In this document: positions 40,552 through 53,932 of the stretch, piece by piece | How the letters are laid out: every line of letters starts with the position of its first letter | Numbering within the stretch: the stretch's first letter is position 1 | Source of the DNA: Adineta vaga | Taxonomy: Eukaryota; Animalia; Rotifera | Direction: 5' to 3' | DNA length: 64,000 nucleotides | Assembly (NCBI GenBank): GCA_021613535.1 | Contig: CP075493.1 | Span: forward strand, 5,890,001-5,954,000 | The notes under the pieces: generated by a model | The model's input: only the letters and a program-made list of their open reading frames with translations | What the model was told of the DNA's origin: nothing | The model's database searches: none | Made by a program: the position numbers and the translations under genes

Positions 40552-41394
40552 ATGTTTGCTGCCGTAATTCTTTTTGCCATTGCATTGGGTTATGTTCATT
40601 CTCAAACTGTTCTGACTCTTCCACCATTACCATATGCATACAATGAACTTGAACCTGTTCTTTCTGAACATTTAATGCGATTACATCATGATAAACATTT
40701 TTTTACCTATACAAATAAAACAAATTTCGTTCTTAAAACAATGCTTAAGGATGCTCAAAATGCTGATATTTTGAAAGATATCGTTAATCAACCCATTGAA
40801 GTTATTCTTACACGATTAGGTGAATTACCTACTAATTATTCATTATCGATTCGACACAATGGTGGTGGTTATGTAAATCACAAACTATTCTTTTCATTAT
40901 TAAAAAAACCAACAGCTACAGTAGCAGAAAATAAACCAACCGGACCATTATTTGAAGCTTTGGAAAAAAGTTTTGGTTCATTTGAAAAATTTCGTGATTT
41001 ATTCTCTGCAGCTTCAGTGAATCTTTTTGGTTCCGGTTGGGTTTGGCTTTATATTGATGCACGAACAAAAACTCTCGTTTTAAATTTTACTGCCAATCAA
41101 GATAATCCGTAAGTAGCCAAAGTTTTAATCGTAATACATAAATCGTCGTTATTTTCTTCTAGAATTATGTTTGATAAAAATCATTTCGTAATTATGGGCA
41201 TTGATCTTTGGGAACATGGTTCGTCTTTTTATGATTGAAATTAATAAATGAACTAAATCGTTTGTCTTTTAGCTTATTACCCAGTTTATGAAAATCGTCG
41301 AGTTGAATATGTCGAAAACTTCTGGCGACTTGTCAATTGGTCTGTTGTTGGTGAACGTTATATTGAAAGTCAATCTAGACGAAGTGATTTATAA
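40552..41394 (+). CDS. Fe/Mn superoxide dismutase, bacterial SodA (Mn)-like, with signal peptide; 3 exons
   Basis: LPPLPYAYNELEP...LHHDKH...HNGGGYVNHKLFF...FGSGWVWL...TANQDNP|IMF...GIDLWEH|AYY...NRRVEYVENFWRLVNW. All four metal ligands are present. The N-terminus is MFAAVILFAIALGYVHS and the C-terminus is RSDL. Confidence 0.93.
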
Positions 41395-41514
41395 ATGAAC
41401 AGATTGATGATTTTTTTGTTTTCTTTTTTTGTTTTCTAAGTGAGAGAAAGGATATCTTAGTAGGCGTTTGTTTTTTAGAAAAATAAAAATAAAAATAAAC
41501 AATTTCTTTTCTTT

Positions 41515-43221
41515 TTATTGAGAGAGAAGCATCAGTTCAAGGAAATTGATGAAAATTTCATGGCCATCAACAGATAATTCAATTTGATAACCTGAAAATT
41601 TTGGAAATATTAATGCTGTCATTGTATATTTTCCATCGTTAATAAACAATTCAACGGAACATCGATCAACGATTAATTGTAGTTTAAGTTTACCAGTTGT
41701 TAATGTTTCATCATCTAAAATCATATTGAAATGAAGAGAATAAGATGCATGAAAATCAACAAGTCCAGAATTTGATCGATCGAATTCAATTTGATTCTTT
41801 TCACCTATATAATTGATTTGAGTGTATTCACTTTTATTGAAATTTTGTCGAAGATTTAAATGAATATTAGTTGCTTTTGTGATATTATGAAATTCGCTAT
41901 TAAACATATAAACATCGCGTGAAATATTCAATAAAATATTCGAGGATAATTTTTGACGATAAAATGTAATGAATCGTTTCGAATAGGAATAAAGTTCATG
42001 AACGGGTATCTGTCGTAGATGATACATATTTGTAAATGAATTCCAATCAAGTTGTAATTGACGAGGTATGGTCATTTGTCCTCGCCATAATGGCGCTGTT
42101 GGTAAATCACGAGCATATTTCCAATTATTCATCCAAGAGATAAGTATTTGTCGATTATCATATCGTGGAACATTATGAAAGGTTATTCCAGCATAAAAAT
42201 CTGATCCATAATCAAGCCAATTGATTGTTGATGATGATTGTAGATTACGAAATGTAATACCATCGAATGTACCAATAAAATATTGCATACCCGATCCACC
42301 GGCTGGTGCACCATTTTGTACTGATACAATCAGAATCCATAAACTAGTTTGATTTTTTAATGTTGTTTGAGGAAACTCAATAAAATCTGGACATTCCCAA
42401 GTACCACCATGTGAACCATCGGTAAAACCAAAACGAGATATTAATGACCAATGAATCAGATCAACAGATCGATAGAATTGAATATGATTACCACCTGTCA
42501 GAACAAGAATCCAAGAAGCAGTTGGACTATGAAACGAAACTTTAGGATCACGAAATGGACGACGAACGATTTTATCACTAAATCGATCAGCAGTTGAAAC
42601 ATTGTTATATAATGGAATGATTGGATTCGATGAATATTTCGTCCATGTACGTCCTGAAAACGATCAATCTCGAACATATAGTTTAATAAAGAAACATATT
42701 CTTACCTCGATCAAGACTATATGCCATATGTTGTTCTTGCCATCTTTGTTTTTGCCATGTATAAATAGCAATCATCGGATGTATATTGGAATTCTTTTGT
42801 AAACCAGAAATATTCTTCCAATCAATTACAACAGATCCTGACCATATACCAACGATATCATCTTCAGGTTCTATTGCAATAGGTAATTCAGTCCATGTTA
42901 TTAAATCTCGACTAATTGAATGACCCCAATGCATATTAATCGCCATTGGTGCAAGAGGATAATGTTGATAGAACATATGCCATTCATCATGGTAATAAAC
43001 AAGTCCATTGGGATCATTTATCCAGTTTTTACTTGGTGAAAAATGAACTAATGGACGATATTGGTATACAGATATACTATTGTTCAACTATAAGAAATGT
43101 ATGTATATAACCGATAACCAATTAGATTATCTTACACTTTCTAGATCATTAGAAGACAATGCAATCGATGAACTAAATAAAAATAGATATATATATATAT
43201 AAGCGATATAATGGTAAACAT
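41515..43221 (-). CDS. GH32 beta-fructofuranosidase / levanase (SacC-like), 3 exons; the signal-peptide exon contains an (AT)7 tract
   Basis: WINDPNG, WGHSISRDL, WSGSVV, FRDPKV, WECPD, QYFIGTFDG, DYGSDFYAG and WMNNWKYA motifs, with a C-terminal beta-sandwich (LIVDRCSVELFINDG). Confidence 0.9.
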
Positions 43222-44912
43222 ATATATTTACTTTCGTGTTTTATAATGAGTCGTCGCAAATCTCAGTATAAAAATAGTAATACAAAGGCCAATCAATTTA
43301 CCAATTGTTGCTGATGATAAATTATCGATCATATATTTATAATTATGAATCATGACGAACAATCTCTAATACAGAACAATCTACTAATCGTTATTTTTTA
43401 TTAAAAAGAAAATAAGCAATTACGAAAATAAGTCGTTGTATTCTCCTAAAAATATACAGAACCAATTGCCTGATCATCGCGACTAAACGTGCGAGTATAT
43501 CTCGTCGAATGCTCAGGTCAAAGTACCGTGTAGAACAGAAAAAACACATACGATACGGATGACCAAGTTATTCGTCGTCTTCCTCGGTCATAGACTAACG
43601 ACAAAGCGTACGTGAAAATAACGTCGAGACGTATAATCTTTAGCTATGTCATCTGTTCAAAAAAAAAAGGATTTCAAGAAAATCAAATTATTACACGTAC
43701 TTGAAGAAATTACCAGTCGATATGAATAAATAAAACAGAAATATTCATTGCAAAGATCGTTTTTCTTTTGTTTCTATGACAGATGAGAAAAGAAAATATA
43801 TTTGAGTTAGCACTTATATAAATGTTTCTTTCTACTTCAAATTTTCTTTTAATATACATTTTTAAAAGTAACTTTTTTTTACTTCGGATAGAAACAAATG
43901 TGATATTCGCTTTTCAAATCCAAAGTCAACCAAATAATCTTCTAGATTTTCCAGTTTTCTATTTTAAATAAATCTATATTCTGTGACAAAGATGTCGCTA
44001 GTTAAAAGTAAATTGAATAAAATTAATTGAATTTATTTACACTGTAATACAAAAAACAATAATCAAATCACGATGAAAATATTTGATATATGATTATTAA
44101 ATTTGTCTTCTTTTAAAAATCAAAGAATCCTATATGATAGGTTCATTTATCTTGTTATTTCCTTTGTGTTTTTGTTCTAAAAACTATCGTGTATACAATG
44201 GTACTAAACCAAGTCAATATCAGTAAGTCAACTAGTCATTCAAGAAATTTATCGATCTTAATGTACTTTTTCTTTTCAAATTAGAAGTTAAATTTAATTA
44301 TATAGATAGTTTTTTCTTTCCATTGGATTTTAATCTTACCTAAAAGCTGTTTTTTCCTCGTTATTCGATGCATAAAATATCATTTCTGGTTATTTATTTA
44401 AATCATATTATTTCTATCGGTATATGGAAGTACTTTTTGTTCTCGTCAGTTATATATATATAGATGCTATATTTGCAGTCGTTCATTCCAGTCAATCAAC
44501 TTAACAAGAACGATAGTACGTTTTTTTCGATCAATCAATAGTTTTAATCATTCTCGTGTCATCATATGATTAATTAGTTAGTTTTATATTTCCATAAATT
44601 CAATAATCATAATACCTACTACTGATTGTATTGAACTATAAAGAAAATAAGATTATTCGGGAGAAAAATGTTCTTTTCATTAGTAGAGCAATAATCTATA
44701 AATAGACATTTTAAAATTATTCGATGTTATTTCCTTTTATACTAAGAATAGTTACAGGAAAAGCAATTCTTGAATCCATATTTCTATCCTACATTATTAT
44801 TTCGTATGATTTTGTTGAGTTCTAGTTGATTCTTCTTACAAGTTAACTTGATATTCATATATAAGGTTTCTTTTAGATTTGTTTTCTTTTTTTCTGATAA
44901 AAATTTTTGAGA

Positions 44913-45866
44913 ATGCGTGAGTATAAAATAGTCGTACTTGGTAGTGGTGGTGTTGGTAAATCAGCATTGACAGTGCAATTCGTTCAAGGATTATTCGTTG
45001 AAAAATATGATCCAACAGTAGGAAAATCTTTCATAACAAACTATTTGATAAGTTTGTCTTCTCTCTTCTCAATAGATTGAAGATAGTTATCGAAAACAAG
45101 TCGAAGTTGATGGACAACAATGTATGCTGTAAGTTTTCTTTCGTTAAACAAATATCACTCGTCATGGGTTTGAAATTTTATTCTAGTGAGATTTTGGATA
45201 CTGCTGGAACGGTAAATACCTTTACTATTTCTTTCATTTGATAGAACTTATGTTTTCTAGGAACAATTCACTGCAATGAGAGATTTATATATGAAAAATG
45301 GTCAAGGTTTTGTTCTTGTTTATTCAATAACTGCTCAATCAACATATAATGATTTGGTTGATTTACGTGATACAATTCTCAAAGTAAAAGATACAGCTGA
45401 TGTAAGTAATATTGACTTGTTTCATTTGAGATTAGTTTTTTTGTTCTATGAAATTGTTTTGATAGGTACCAATGGTTTTAGTGGGTAATAAATGTGATCT
45501 TGATGATGAACGTGTTGTTGGAAAAGAAGTTGGTCAAATCTTAGCAAGAAATTGGGGTTCAACATTTCTTGAAACATCAGCGAAACAAAAGATTAATGTG
45601 AATGAAGTAAGACAATTCGTTTGTTTTTGTTTTATTTAATTTGAAAGAAATCAAATTTTATTTAGATATTTTTTGATCTTGTTCGTCAAATAAATAAACG
45701 AGCTCCAGTTAATAAAGATAAAAAAAGTAAAAGTAAAAATTCAAATCAAAGTGCAAATCCAAATCCATCTGTATCAAGTGGAAAATCTGGTGTTGATGGT
45801 TTACATCTGGATTCATCACATCCAACATCAAATGGAAATAAACAAAGCTGTTGTGTAGTTCTATAA
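44913..45866 (+). CDS. RAP1: Rap1 small GTPase, 6 exons
   Basis: [26 protein letters not shown]...YDPT|IEDSYRKQ...DTAGT|[17 protein letters not shown]...GNKCDL...ETSAK. Thr at position 61 marks Rap. The protein ends in the CAAX sequence CCVVL. Confidence 0.96.
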
Positions 45867-46627
45867 AATCTCAATATATATATATATATATGTATACATA
45901 AAGATCTACTGCTTTCTTTTATCATCTGGCAATCATATTCTCAAGTCATTTTACTTTACTATCGGACTTATTATTATTATTTTTTTTCTCCTTTTGGTGT
46001 CTGTTCGTTTTTCTTATCTGTCTAGTCAAAACATGAAAAATTTTTGTTTACATCTGATTGATCGTATATATTAAGATAAAAAAAAAGAAGAAGAGAAGGA
46101 ATCATTTTAGAAAACAAAAATAATCTTACCGATATTGCTCAATATGAGACTAAATCTAGAAATGAAATCAGTATTGAATTCTTTCGTTTGTTTTTCTTTT
46201 TTGGTCTTATTCTATCATTGTTTGTTCTTTCATTTCTCTTTGAAATTTCGCTACCGTTATACAATGCATACACATATCTATCTATTCATTATTTTTTTTC
46301 TCTTTGTATGTAGATGAAATCAAAAAACGATATTATAATAAAAAGAGCTTTACCGGATTTCATACATTTACATGACAAAATCAATGTGATGACAAACCAA
46401 GATGTACTTTGATATTTACAATTAGCTAACATTTCTCAGATATATTCCAGATATACTTGAAATAATTAGCTTATAGTATCTTATAAACATTCCAAATAAT
46501 AGAGAAAAGAATCTCTATATCGATTTCTATAAGAAATCTTTTCTCTTTCATAGCGCGATTTAATATTTGATGTTTTATTTATAGATTTAGAAATAGAAAG
46601 AAACTATGTACAAAATTGATAGGATTG

Positions 46628-49600
46628 TTAAACATGATTTCGACTTCGATCATCAGCATCAACAATACGAAATGCTTCGAGAAATTCATTAAAATCAATA
46701 ACACCATTCTTATCAAGATCAATACTCGCTGCTAGATCCATGATTTGTTTTTCATCAAATATAGATCCATTATGGTTGCCAAGAAAAACACAGACATCAG
46801 TAAATTCTTGCATGGAAATAACACCTACACAATAAAATCCTATTGGAACAGAAGAATTTCAAAATTTTTCTATCTACCCGAATTATCTTGATCAATTGCT
46901 CGAAAGACCGTTTCCAATAGATCTTTATTACGATAGATGGCTTGACATAAACTTTCTCGTCTCTTAAAAAGGACATAAATGTTAACTTGAATTCAAATGA
47001 GAAAATTATTTTTACTGTAGTCAATTGAGAATTAAATATACATTGTAATTCTTGGAAACGAAATGTTGTTTCATATAGAACAGATCCATCGGGATCAATA
47101 TCCACAAGACGTGATTTTAATGTTCGCCAAGGTAATTTTAAATCAAGAACATGAGTGACTATATCACACCATTCATTCAATGATATACGGCCTAGATGGA
47201 AGTATGTTTTAACGCATTTTAATCGCGTCTGCATCATAAAAACTGAATATTTTCCTACGCACATCATCTCTTAATGGAAGATTAATAATCAAAAGAGGAT
47301 TTTCTCTGACAAATTCAAGGTCTTTTCTTTACGTTAAATGAGTAATTGAATACACGTCTACGGTTGTCAATTAATAGAAAAAAGAAAAAAAGAAATTGTC
47401 TTTTATGATTTCATTATGAATGTTCTTATATTACTCTTCTCATTTGATACTATCTAACTTTACAAATCTCGTTATTTCAATTTAAAAATTGGACATTCAT
47501 TTCCGTTTGCAGATGTGATATATTCAGTAGGATCATGCAATCCATTCTTTTGACTTTTTCCACCCTCGGAATTTGTCAATTAGTGAACATAATTGTTAAT
47601 AATATCTTACCAGTTCGTTTCGGATCTATAAGTTGAAATTCTTTCATTAAACGACTTTTATTTGCACTGAATTTTTCCAAAAGATTTCTTAATGCTTGTT
47701 CTTCAACATAGGATACTCTAGAAATACAAAAATAAATTTTAAACAAGATATTTTTTTTCTCCCTTTAACAAACCTTTCCCAAAGTGTCAATGGTTTTATT
47801 GTCGTTTTCGTGGCCATAAATTGTACAATAGATGGTGGTTGATTTTTGGATATTTTAACATAAGCACCTCGATTACTACCTGCGGCATAGTAATTCGATG
47901 CTGAAAAGATTGTTAGCACCTATGACAAACGATAATCGATTAAAATATTAAAGTCAAATAAAAACCAACCTTTTTATCATGACAATAATCGAATCCTTCT
48001 TCTTTACATTCATGTGATCGAATTATTAAACTCCAATTATGTTTTTCTAGGATTTTTTGAGTTATATCTGGTCCCCAATAACATCCACCACCACGATATG
48101 TATTTGCTTCACAACCATTTGCTTGTTTCGGATCACTCCACAATAAATCTAACATTTGTCTCCATTCAAGTAATTGTTCATTCGATAGACCATCAATTTG
48201 ATATTGTTCATCATTTTCTGGAATGATAAAATTCGGACTTAAAACTGAAATATACTGAAAAGAAAAAGAAATAATCAAAGAAATTTGCCTTTCAAAACAA
48301 ACTTTATTTCGTTTAATTTGATTGATTTTATTTAAATCTGTTATATCACTAATACCACCATGAGTGACAAATATATGATCATCAATTAAACTTGCAACAG
48401 GCATCCAACTGTAGATATTTTCAAATAGATGTAAAAGTTTCGTCGATTGAGATTTATATTTACGAATGATTTCTTTCATAAAACCATATCTAAAATGAAG
48501 AATAAGATTCGAAATCGATCCTATATTAATTATATACCTTAAATTTAAAACATGATCCTCATGATTACCACGATTTAAATAAACATTATTTGGATAGACA
48601 ATAAATGCAACACTAATTAGAAGAAATAATTCAATACTTTGTGGTCCACGATCAACGATATCACCATTGAATATATAAGGATTTTCATTCGATGGTAAAC
48701 CATTCTAGATCAGATTAGATCGTATAATTACCTGTAGAAATAAAAGGTCCTTGAACTTACTTTATGGAAGATCAACATTAAATCCGATAGATTACCATGT
48801 AAATCACCTACAACTGTGACACATGTTGATTGATGTGTTGAAACGATATTTACATTTGGTAAACGTTTAAGAATTTTACGAACTTCATGTAATATTAATA
48901 GAACATAACGTGCATGAAGAGACTTGAAAGAAAAAAGAATAAGAAAATTATCTCAAGCGAAAAACAATCTTAGTTTACTTCTCCTCGTTGTAAAGCAAGA
49001 GTTAATGATTCGAATTGTTCTTTATTAATCGGAAGTTGAATATGTGGTCCTTTATATGATGATTCAACAAAAACTGTATCTGGTCCAGTTGTATTAACTA
49101 ATTCAATATCTTCAGCTAAGAAACATATATACATATATACAAAGTGAAAGGATTTATTTAAAGAAAAATCATTACCTGAACTTGATAAACTGGAAGTACG
49201 CCGTAGAACTTTTGCAACAACAAGTGCATCACGAGGATTTTTTGTTACAGCTTGCATAAGATCCAGAAAAAAGTTATAGAGCTATTATAAACTCATGAAA
49301 TAGATCATTGAAAGAAATAGAATAAGTTTATTGATTACTTTCAGTTGATCTTGTTCTCCGGCATATTCAATATTTTGATAGATTGTCCAAGCTGCTTTTC
49401 GACGTATTTCAAATCGTGCTTGTCGCCGTCGAAACCATGATTGAATAATAACAACAGCAGCTAAAGCTATGAATAGAATAATCAAGACATGCTGTTTCTT
49501 GTCAAGAACAGTAGAATAATTCTTACTAAGATCAGATTTTTTATGCTTTCCTTTAATTTTTGAATGATGTTGGGGTTGAGATTGAACTTGTGGTGCTTGA

Positions 49601-49671
49601 ATTGGTACAATACTTCGATGAGGTTTAGTTGTTGATGGACAACAAAAACATATCCAACGTTCAGAGAACAT
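46628..49671 (-). CDS. PPEF: Ser/Thr protein phosphatase with IQ motif and EF-hands (PPEF/rdgC)
   Basis: IQ motif [39 protein letters not shown] motifs GDLHG, GDIVDRG, NRGNHE, HGG, RSHE and FSASNYY. EF hands include [13 protein letters not shown]. Confidence 0.93.
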
Positions 49672-49890
49672 CGTTTTCTTTTTTCAATTCAACATAGTTT
49701 CTGAAATCAAATTCTATATCTATCTAGTAGAAAGAAAGTCTACACAAATGTTGCATGTCTTCTTTTTGCGCTCGCTCTCTCTCCCTCTATTTGAATCTAT
49801 TACCTATAATCTTCTTCCAGTTGCTTCCTTTTTCTCCGTTTTTTCTTCTTCTCTTATCTATCACATTTCTTTTGGTAGCGTCATTCTCAT

Positions 49891-49915
49891 CTTCTTCTTC
49901 TTCTTCTTCTTCTTC
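49891..49915. repeat. (TTC)n microsatellite in the PPEF upstream/5' region
   Basis: cttcttcttcttcttcttcttcttc is seen directly. Confidence 0.8.
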
Positions 49916-51049
49916 TTTCGAGCTCTTTTCCCATTTCTTACAGGTTTTTCTCACACTTATGGAAAGGGTTATGTATGCATGAATAAATATCATATATAAA
50001 TTTACTCCCGCTAAAAGTTTTCAATAAAAGACACGACTCGTTTTTTGTCTTCTCGTCTTACGTTTATTACTAGTATTGTGATTGGTTGTCCATCGGATTA
50101 ACCTTCACACGAAATGTATGAGTAGGAAATCGTAATTGATCATAATTAAAAATATTTGTCAGTAAAATAGGATTAATTCAAAAAACAACAAAATATCATT
50201 AATGGAGAAATCTTTGATGTTTTATTCACTTGAATTACGTTAAGTTATGATCAATACTGAAGATATAGAGAGAATTCTATCGACTTATTTGATAATCTTT
50301 GTTTACGAATAAAGGCAATCTATATGAAGAATTGTTATTTTTTGATGCAACTAGATAGAAAAAAAGTCATGATTAGGTATGATGAGTATAGAATGAAATA
50401 TTCTTCCTGTGTTCTTTTTTAATAATTCCAATGACGTCAAAAGAGAAGTATTCGGTTTGCTTTAATAATTACATGCAATTATGCATAGATACCTCTCTAT
50501 AATATGGACATCAACGTCACTGTCGCTTCTTTCGGTTTTTCTTTAATATATTCATGTTCAATTTCATGTGAGGAAATCAAATCATAGATACTGCTTGCCA
50601 CATATTCTTGTACTTTTATGCGACTATAGAATATCATTATTCTAGAGTATGACATTGCATGATTTCTTTGCAAAGGCGATCGAGATTAGAGAGTTGAAGA
50701 ATAAAAAAAACAGCTTGTTTGCTCTATACACAAAATCTAATCTTCTCAGAAGGCGTGTGAAAGATTATTTTAATCACACGATCGACATCGTTGTTTTTCG
50801 ACAAAATATCACGTTGTGTGATTTGTTCATATAAGATCTTTAACTAAAAATAGTTTATGAATCGTATCATATGTCCAGAAGTGTAAGGTCAAATAGAAAA
50901 GAAAGCTTCAAATGTTATTGACATATTAGTTGTAGTGTATATTTTATCATGAACTACGTATTTATATATATTTGTAATGGTAATTAATCTTTCATTTATT
51001 GGAATTAAAATATCGAAAGAGAAGAAAAGAAAATATCTGATTAAAAGAA

Positions 51050-52461
51050 TTATACATCAAAATATGCTTGGATAGCCCAATGATCTGAACAAAAACGTTT
51101 GATGGATGCTAATTTTTCCAGACCTTCTAGTTCGAAATAGACTGGTTTAAATTGAATTGTCTCTTGATTTGATGAACGATAATAGAGACGATCAAATCGT
51201 GCTCGTGGTCGATAGTTATCTGATGGATAATATATATTTGTATTTCGATTCATATCCCATGTATATGTACATTCTTTACGTTTACCAGTTTCAATCCAAA
51301 GATCACAAATACCTAATGGAACGTTGCCTGCTTTTTGCAACTAAAAACAAATATTTCTATGAATATTCTCTAATTAACCGAAAAAAAGAAATCTTACTTC
51401 TTTCTCACGTATATTCAAATCACCACCAAATAAAACGACTCGATTTGCAGGTGCATCAATCATAGATTTAAAACATAGTTTTAATTGTTCAATACGTTCT
51501 TTACTTGCCAATTCTTCTGTACCACTCTCATGATGTGATGTCATTAAATCAATTTCAATCGAATTCTTGTATGTCGTCTATATTTGAAGAAGACAAAGAC
51601 ATTTGAAATATTCTCAAAAATGATTATATTTACATGAACAATGAGGAGATTTCGTTCCATATTTGTTCCTGGATATTTGATAATTTCTGAATTTTGTACT
51701 TGAAATAATTTACGACGAACCAATATCACAACAAAGTATCCTTCAGTATTTCCTAAAGGAATCAAATTACTTTCAATAAGAGATACAATAAAAACGAACC
51801 TGCATATGAGTCATATTCAGGTAAATGATTGCGAATTAAATCAAAAGCGATTGGAATAACTTCTTGAAGAAACACAGCATCAGGTTCTTCACTAGCAAAG
51901 AGAAAGACTTATATGTAGAGATAACTTTTAACAAGAACAAACTATTACCGTTTAATAATATCTACAACACCATGTGTACGTGTTTCAATAGTATTTTCTT
52001 GTTCATCAAGTCCATCGATATTCCATGAAAGTAATTTAAATCGTGTTTTAGTTTTTATTGTTTGAGCATCCATGGGCAATGTCATTGATGTGATATCTTC
52101 TACTTTCGTTCGTTTTGTATTATTTTCGCTTGAATGAAAAATAAATAAATAAATAAATAAATAATCACTTTTATTCCAAATATCGAACTAACATTGTTGC
52201 TTTTTCTACTTTGACTTTAGTTTGTTTCTTCGATGGCTTGGATTTAGATGGTATAGAATTTTGATATGCACTAATTGCACGTTGAAGATTCCATTCATTC
52301 TTTTGTAGCATCATCATTGCTAATCCAGTATCTGTACTTGTGACTGCAGCAAATTCTTTACATGCTGCTAATGCTTCTGCACCACTTAATGGACATTCAA
52401 TGCCATCATCATCGTCTTCACTAGTTGAATTTGATCGATGATGTTTTAGTACTGTAGTCAT
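51050..52461 (-). CDS. TDP2: Tyrosyl-DNA phosphodiesterase 2 (UBA-like + EEP domain)
   Basis: UBA-like CKEFAAVTSTDTGLAMMMLQKNEWNLQRAISAY. EEP motifs LLSWNIDGLD, VFLQEV, TSHHES, FGGDLNIRE, YTWD, RFDRLY and SDHWAI. Confidence 0.93.
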
Positions 52462-53932
52462 TGTTGAATTGAAAATGAAATGAAAAGAGAAAATGTTTGT
52501 CCATTATATATATATATATGTCGGAACGGAATGGATTTCCAAACCAATAATATTCAGCATGTCGATGACTAGCGACCTCGTTTGGTTTATTAGCTAGATT
52601 GTATCTGCGAATATGATGAAAACGAAAATATTGAGAATAGAATAGAAAAAGTGAACATAAATCTCGTGATCATGACGACACATATTTCGTATTTTTATAT
52701 TCAATTGTTTCTAATTATATTATTATGTTCAATGGAGATGAAAAGACGCTTAGTCATTGAGAGAGAAGCAGGTAGGTAGCTGACCTCATAGAACTGTCAG
52801 AAACGATAACTCCAATAATTTCCGTATGCAAAATCATCTCATTTGTTCTCTTTGATTGATATCATATATTCTTGACATGGCATAGATTCACTTAAATAGA
52901 AGATATTCAATGCATGGAGAAGATATGATTCTTTAGGATGAAAACAGATCAACTTTATAATAAATTTCAAAAACTTGTACTCAGATCTTGTACAGTATAA
53001 ATTGTATCTACAGCAGTTGTTGACTCTCGGAAACACATGAATGGCTAGTATCTTCTATTTTCGAATTCAACCATGACAAATGAGTAATTACATCGAAAAG
53101 TTCACTATCATCGCATTCTGACAGTTTTCCTAGGCCTAAAAACAATATTCGAAATAATAATCTATATTGTAAGATATTATATTACGAAATACTCAAAATG
53201 ACTTAGTTTTGCTAAAGATTTCTCGAGATTTGAAAAGGAGGAATTTAAATATGATCAGGAAAGACTACATTTTTTAGCTAACAACAATTTTTGATCTACC
53301 TCAAAACATGTTATTGTAATGTTTACAATGGTTTTTCATCACCTGTTCGATAATCAAAGCAAGGTGTTGACGTTAAACAACAGGTGGCATGTTTGTAAAG
53401 AGCAATTTAATGCTAAATTGCATGTGGAATGAAATGACGAAGGTAAGGTTAAGTGCACAACCACATTATTTTTATTACACGAATAGCTAGGTACTGCAGT
53501 AGTTTGACCTAAATGTCTCATAATGTAAAAGTGGGAATAAATGTTATCAATTATATGTATTTCTGCATAGTGAACAAGGTAAATGATGTTATCAGAAATA
53601 TTTTACTTTCTCTCTCTTGGTTTTTGTTAGACGACGAATGAAAGTTGTGCATAATCTTTCATCCTGAAATCTTGATTTTAATTATCTTAGAAAATAAATA
53701 AAGTTAAAATCGTCTTTTCTTGTGAGAGCTTGTATACAAATTGAATGTCAGAGGCGAGTCTCGCACTATTTCCATATCGCGTTTCGATCAAGTTTTCCTG
53801 TACCCGATCGTTCATGAAATAATCGTGAAACAAAATAAGAACTTTTCATGCATATTTCGAGAAAGAAAGTGAGACTAAAATTCATATTTATCACGATTGA
53901 TAAAACAAAAAAAGAACAAATACAATTATTAT

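Noticed and set aside
43465-43640. Relatively GC/CpG-rich patch with a short ATGACC/GGTCAT inverted repeat (possible ncRNA)
   Set aside because: No tRNA, snRNA or snoRNA signature was recognised. Its position between divergent GH32 and Rap1 fits a promoter.
52700-53750. Possible decayed gene or transposon between TDP2 and the VWA7-like gene
   Set aside because: Only short interrupted frames, with no recognisable domain, TIR or TSD.
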